The notes under the pieces: generated by a model | Database searches by the model: none | Seen by the model: only the letters and a program-made list of their open reading frames with translations | What the model was told of the DNA's origin: nothing | Translations under genes and position numbers: made by a program | Source: a bacterium | GTDB taxonomy: Bacteria; SAR324; NAC60-12 | Direction of reading: 5' to 3' | Assembly (NCBI GenBank): GCA_965209155.1 | Contig: OZ242383.1 | Span: 2,624,001 to 2,688,000 of the forward strand | DNA length: 64,000 bases | Shown here: positions 59,752 through 64,000 of the stretch, piece by piece | Layout of the letters: each line of letters starts with the position of its first letter | Position numbering within the stretch: position 1 is the stretch's first letter

Positions 59752-61557
59752 ATGGAAAAAAGTAAAACAAGAATAAACCAATCATTGTTGCTCACCTTCA
59801 TCCTGATGGTGGCCGCCTTCTGGGTCGTCCCGTCAGCCGTGACTGCGCAAGAGATGGTAGAAGATCCCGCCACCGGCCAGACGTGGACCAAGCCTGAGTA
59901 TGGCGGGACAATCACGCAGGCCGTTATAGTCTTTCCTCCGAGTTGTTCCAACTGGTGGAATCTTGGCTGGTCGAATCACTTCCACAGTGGTGTGATTGAG
60001 AGGCTCGCCTTCGCCGACTGGGCAAAATCCAGGGAGATTTGGGACGGTAGAGTATACGTCGTTCAGACCCCGGAGATGAGCAGAGGGAATCTGGCGGAAA
60101 GCTGGTCAATGCCCGACGCCACTACGTGGATCTGGAACATTCGTAAGGGCGTTCACTGGCATGACAAGGCGCCGATGAACGGTCGTCAATTCGATGCTAA
60201 GGATGTCGAATGGAACTATCACCGCTATTTTGGTATGGGCGAATTCAAAGAAGACGGACCTAGCACCGGGATGGGTGGTATCACCTTTGGTATGGAGATC
60301 GCATCGGTAACGGCCACCGACCAATGGACGATTGAGATTAAGCTGAAGAAGCCTGACATAGATATGCCGGGGAAAATGCTCAACAACTACTTTACTGTGC
60401 ACGCCCCCGAGCAAATCGAGCAATACGGTGACGCTAAGGATTGTACGACCCTGGTCGGCACCGGGCCCTTTGAGCTGGCTGAAGTGGTCGAAGGCAGTTC
60501 GGCAACCTGGAAGAAGAATCCCAAATACTGGGCGATGGACGAAAAATTCCCGCAAAACCGCCTGCCCTATATTGACGAGTTAAAGTCTCTCCTGATCCCA
60601 GATATGGCAGCCCGCCTGGCGGGACTGCGCACGGGTAAGATTGATATGATGGGTAACACCGGCGACGCTTATATCAACTCTGTCGACGATATGCAGAGCC
60701 TCCAGCGCTCCAGACCCGATATCGATATCTGGCCCGCTTATATCACTCAGGGTGGCGTTTTCTTTCTTAACTGGAAATTGCCGCCCCTTGATGACGTCAG
60801 AGTGCGCAAGGCCCTGCAGATGGCAGTGGACCGCGAGGCAATTGCCAAATCCTTCTTTAAGGGTTTTGGCGTACCAGCCCCTTATGGGATAGCAAAGCAA
60901 GACGGAGGGGAGTATAGCTGGCCCTATGAAGCCTGGCCCGAGGAGGTCAAGCGTGAGTATGAGTATCACCCGGAAGAAGCAGAAGCGTTGCTTGATGCGG
61001 CCGGATATAAACGCGGCGCCGACGGCTACCGATTCAAGCTCAAGCTTGCCCATTTCGAGAGGTGGGATGAGACCTATGCAGAAGTCATCATGGGGTACTT
61101 CGAGGCGATTGGCGTTGAAAGCGAGCTTAAGGTGATGATTCACGGTGAGTTTGGAGTTTTAGGACAACCGGAAACGCAGCACGATTATGCGTTAGTGACT
61201 GGGTATTATGGGTGGTGGGGCAGCCCCGGCTTTTTGGGATACACCCTCTCAACTGTAAGCGCAGCTGACGGTAGCTATAGCACTATGAATCAGAATGACC
61301 CGCGTTTGGACAAGCTGTTTCTTGACGCACAAAAAACTACCGACCTGGAGGAGCTTAAGAGTATTTTCAGACAGTTCGATGAGATCTGTATCAGGGACCA
61401 CTGTGCCCTCAACAAATCCGTCTCCCCTTTGTTTTTCGTGAGCCAACCTTGGGTCCAGGGTTATTACGGTGAAGCAGGGATGGGATGGGGTGAACGGAAT
61501 ACCGTCCAAGCCCGCATCTGGGTTAACCAGGAATTGAAGGCATCCATGGGGAATTAG
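59752..61557 (+). CDS. ABC transporter substrate-binding protein, family 5 (DppA/OppA-like)
   Basis: Signal peptide, PEYGGT, LAESW, RKGVHWHD, GTGPF, DVRVRKALQMAVDR; AGGAGG RBS. Confidence 0.92.
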   Translation: MEKSKTRINQSLLLTFILMVAAFWVVPSAVTAQEMVEDPATGQTWTKPEYGGTITQAVIVFPPSCSNWWNLGWSNHFHSGVIERLAFADWAKSREIWDGRVYVVQTPEMSRGNLAESWSMPDATTWIWNIRKGVHWHDKAPMNGRQFDAKDVEWNYHRYFGMGEFKEDGPSTGMGGITFGMEIASVTATDQWTIEIKLKKPDIDMPGKMLNNYFTVHAPEQIEQYGDAKDCTTLVGTGPFELAEVVEGSSATWKKNPKYWAMDEKFPQNRLPYIDELKSLLIPDMAARLAGLRTGKIDMMGNTGDAYINSVDDMQSLQRSRPDIDIWPAYITQGGVFFLNWKLPPLDDVRVRKALQMAVDREAIAKSFFKGFGVPAPYGIAKQDGGEYSWPYEAWPEEVKREYEYHPEEAEALLDAAGYKRGADGYRFKLKLAHFERWDETYAEVIMGYFEAIGVESELKVMIHGEFGVLGQPETQHDYALVTGYYGWWGSPGFLGYTLSTVSAADGSYSTMNQNDPRLDKLFLDAQKTTDLEELKSIFRQFDEICIRDHCALNKSVSPLFFVSQPWVQGYYGEAGMGWGERNTVQARIWVNQELKASMGN

Positions 61558-61559
61558 TA

Positions 61560-61586
61560 GGATGGGCAAGCGAAGCTTGCCCATCC
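61560..61586 (+). terminator. Stem-loop immediately after the SBP stop
   Basis: GGATGGGCAAG-CGAAG-CTTGCCCATCC; weak U tail. Confidence 0.5.
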
Positions 61587-61610
61587 TTGCCGGGATACTG
61601 ATAGAACAGT

Positions 61611-61722
61611 CCCCTTTGAAAAAGGGCCGGCCGCGTGATCCGCATTCGGGAAGCGGGGATTTTTCAAACTTTGTCCAATGAAATCCCCGCTTCCGCGTAC
61701 GGCCCCTTTGCCAAAGGGGGGG
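61611..61722. repeat. Nested palindromic intergenic repeat
   Basis: 14-bp IR GGAAGCGGGGATTT/AAATCCCCGCTTCC flanked by two CCCCTTTG..AAAGGG hairpins. Confidence 0.7.
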
Positions 61723-61738
61723 AAAGAAGAAGGATTCT

Positions 61739-61807
61739 ATGAAAACCTATCTCATCAGGCGGTTATTGCTGATTATCCCCTTGACAAGCATTAGGGTGAT
61801 CCGGTAA
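61739..61807 (+). pseudogene. N-terminal stub of a DppB-type ABC permease
   Basis: MKTYLIRRLLLIIP followed by unrelated residues and a stop at codon 23. Confidence 0.65.
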
Positions 61808-62019
61808 AATTTTCTAACTTGATAATATCTCGGATTGATCAGTTATACAGCAAATAGATAGTGTTCATGATAAAGGTCCCTTCTTAAATGACAAGCTTAT
61901 ATGGGCTATCCACCTAAGTGGCTGGAAAATTAATTTTCTACAAAAAATGTTTTGACAATGCTTCCCGCTCGAGTGAGTGAAGAAGGTGGGGAATGATAAA
62001 TCTGTAATGAGGGAGTCAT

Positions 62020-62370
62020 ATGATGCAAGCGAAAAAATGGTTTTCGTTATGCTTCACTCCTTTGGTGGGGCAGAGTGTGGCAGACGTTGTGTCTGCCGCA
62101 AAAATCCGATTCGCTCCATGGTGGGTTGAATAATTTTCAATCTGTTGTAAAGGAGTTCATATGTATTTGAAGCAACTTTTTGCCCCCGTCGTGGGGCTGA
62201 TCGTGGCAGACGTCGTGTCTGCCGCAAAAATCCGATTCGCCCCACGGCGGGTGAATTGTTTTGGCCACCCTCAAATTAAAGAGGTACCAATGATTAGTAT
62301 AATGAAGCAATGCTTTGTCCCTCTCGTGGGGCTGAACCCGACAGACTTCCGGTCTGCCGCAAAAATGCAA
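62020..62370 (+). repeat. Three imperfect tandem hairpin/mini-ORF units
   Basis: GTGGGGC...CAGAC-n5-GTCTGCCGCAAAAAT occurs three times, each unit following an SD plus ATG. Confidence 0.8.
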
Positions 62371-64000
62371 CTCTTGTTGCTCACCCTCATCATGGGGATG
62401 GCAGTTTTCTTGGGCAGCCCGGCTGCCGCCCAAAAGTACGTGACGGACCCCGCGACCGGCGAGACGTGGACCAAGCCTGAGTATGGCGGGACACTCACGC
62501 AGGCCGTTACGGTCTTTCCTCCGAGTACTGACAATTGGTGGAATCTTGGCTGGGCGCCTCACTTGATCGGTGGCGTTGTTGAGAAGCTAGCCTTCGTCGA
62601 CTGGGGACTATCCAGGGATATATGGGACGGTAGAGATGACAGCATTCTGACCCCAGAGATGACTAGAGGGGCTCTGGCTGAAAGCTGGTCAATGCCCGAC
62701 GACACAACGTTCATCTGGAACATCCGCCAGGGCGTTCACTGGCATGACAAGGCGCCGATGAACGGTAGGGAGTTCGATGCCTCTGACGTCGAATGGAACT
62801 ATCACCGCTATTTGGGTCTGGGCGATTTCACCGAAGACGGACCTAACGCCGCTGTGCGTGGTATCGCCTGGGGTATAGAGATCGAATCGGTAACGGCCAC
62901 CGACAAATGGACGGTTGTTATTAAGCTGAAGCCTAAACTCGATGTGCTGGGGAAAATGCTCAATAACTACTTTTTTGTGCACGCCCCCGAGCAAATCGAG
63001 AAATACGGCGACGCTAAGGATTGGAGGAACCTGGTCGGCACCGGGCCCTGGAGACTGACAGACTTCGTGGAGGGCAGCTCTGCAACCTGGGAGAAGAATC
63101 CTAACTACTGGGGCTATGACGAAAAATTCCCGCAAAACCGCCTGCCCTATATTGACGAGTTAAAGTCTCTCCTGATCCCAGATATGGCAGCACGTCTGGC
63201 GGGACTGCGCACGGGTAAGATTGATATGATGAGTAACGTCGGCGACGCTTATATACAATCTATCGACGATGCAGAGTCCATCCAGCAGACTAACCCTGAA
63301 ATTGATGTGTGGCCCATTTATGGCCCCCCAGCCGGCAATGCCTATTTTAACCAGTCTCTGCCGCCCACTGACGACGTCAATGTGCGCAAGGCACTGCAGA
63401 TGGCAGTGGACCGCGAGACAATTAACAAAACCTACTTTAAGGGTTATGGAGATCCAACACCTTATGGGTTAGTTGGGCAATTCACGCCAGAGTATTCCTG
63501 GCCATATAAAGACTGGCCCGACGAGGTCAAGCATGAGTATGAGTATCACCCGGAAGAGGCAGAAGCGTTGCTTGATGCGGCCGGGTATCCGCGCAGCGCC
63601 GACGGCGTTAGATTCAAGGTCAAGCTAGGCTGGTTCGACAGGTACGAGACGACCTATCCAGAAGTCGTCATGGGGTACTTCGAAGCCATTGGCGTTGAAA
63701 GCGAGCTGGATGTGTTGAATATAGCTGAGGCGGGAGCTGCCACCAAGGAGGAGACGCACGAGTTTCACTTATTTGCTGGGATGTATGGGGGCTTCGGCGG
63801 CCCCGGCTTTCTGCAAAACATAGGCCGCCGGGACGAAAGCAAAGCGAAGGACCCGAGAATGGACGCCCTGTATAATGCCGTCCTAGAAACTCTCGACATT
63901 GAGGAGGCTAAGAGTATTTCGAGACAGGCTGATGAGATCTTTGTAAGGAACCACTGGGGCTTAAACAAATCCAACGTCCCTAGGTTTTTCGTGAGCCAGC
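62290..64000 (+). CDS. Second family-5 substrate-binding protein, runs off window end (frame open from ATG 62161)
   Basis: Manual translation: LLLLTLIMGMAVFLGSPAAAQKYVTDPATGETWTKPEYGGT; colinear with 59752-61557. Confidence 0.9.
   Translation, partial: MISIMKQCFVPLVGLNPTDFRSAAKMQLLLLTLIMGMAVFLGSPAAAQKYVTDPATGETWTKPEYGGTLTQAVTVFPPSTDNWWNLGWAPHLIGGVVEKLAFVDWGLSRDIWDGRDDSILTPEMTRGALAESWSMPDDTTFIWNIRQGVHWHDKAPMNGREFDASDVEWNYHRYLGLGDFTEDGPNAAVRGIAWGIEIESVTATDKWTVVIKLKPKLDVLGKMLNNYFFVHAPEQIEKYGDAKDWRNLVGTGPWRLTDFVEGSSATWEKNPNYWGYDEKFPQNRLPYIDELKSLLIPDMAARLAGLRTGKIDMMSNVGDAYIQSIDDAESIQQTNPEIDVWPIYGPPAGNAYFNQSLPPTDDVNVRKALQMAVDRETINKTYFKGYGDPTPYGLVGQFTPEYSWPYKDWPDEVKHEYEYHPEEAEALLDAAGYPRSADGVRFKVKLGWFDRYETTYPEVVMGYFEAIGVESELDVLNIAEAGAATKEETHEFHLFAGMYGGFGGPGFLQNIGRRDESKAKDPRMDALYNAVLETLDIEEAKSISRQADEIFVRNHWGLNKSNVPRFFVSQ

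Noticed and set aside
62020..62370. CRISPR array
   Set aside because: Units are long, degenerate and only three
1..64000. tRNA or rRNA genes
   Set aside because: None recognised by eye; the IVS-family genes here are not inside rRNA genes

Overview
Bacterial chromosomal window of mostly housekeeping genes: purA, proC, gcvT/gcvP, argC, hemE, tatB, nth, lysC, coaE, proS, long-form thyX, nuoABCD-HI, copA and upp. The overall style suggests a deltaproteobacterium-like organism, which is inference only. The most striking signal is a small transposase-less element present six times plus one relic. It has IS200/IS605 (HUH/Y1)-type hairpin ends (TAATCTC...TGAC) and inserts 3' of TTAAT without target duplication; a matching empty site is visible in the window. 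Its cargo is a 115-aa four-helix-bundle gene (23S rRNA IVS protein/Avd-like) enclosed by 40-nt inverted arms built of CGTnnn hexamers. ORF-less derivatives have also spread, and several copies sit inside a second REP-like repeat family. Other notable items are a thioredoxin-fold gene with an in-frame TGA in a UxxC motif plus a SECIS-like hairpin (probable selenoprotein), a BREX-3 brxF relic, an IS1595 element splitting an SDR gene, and an Rpn/Phd islet bounded by a duplicated SDR 3' end. There is also a purine-skewed octamer array upstream of proS and three tandem hairpin/mini-ORF units preceding a duplicated family-5 solute-binding protein gene.
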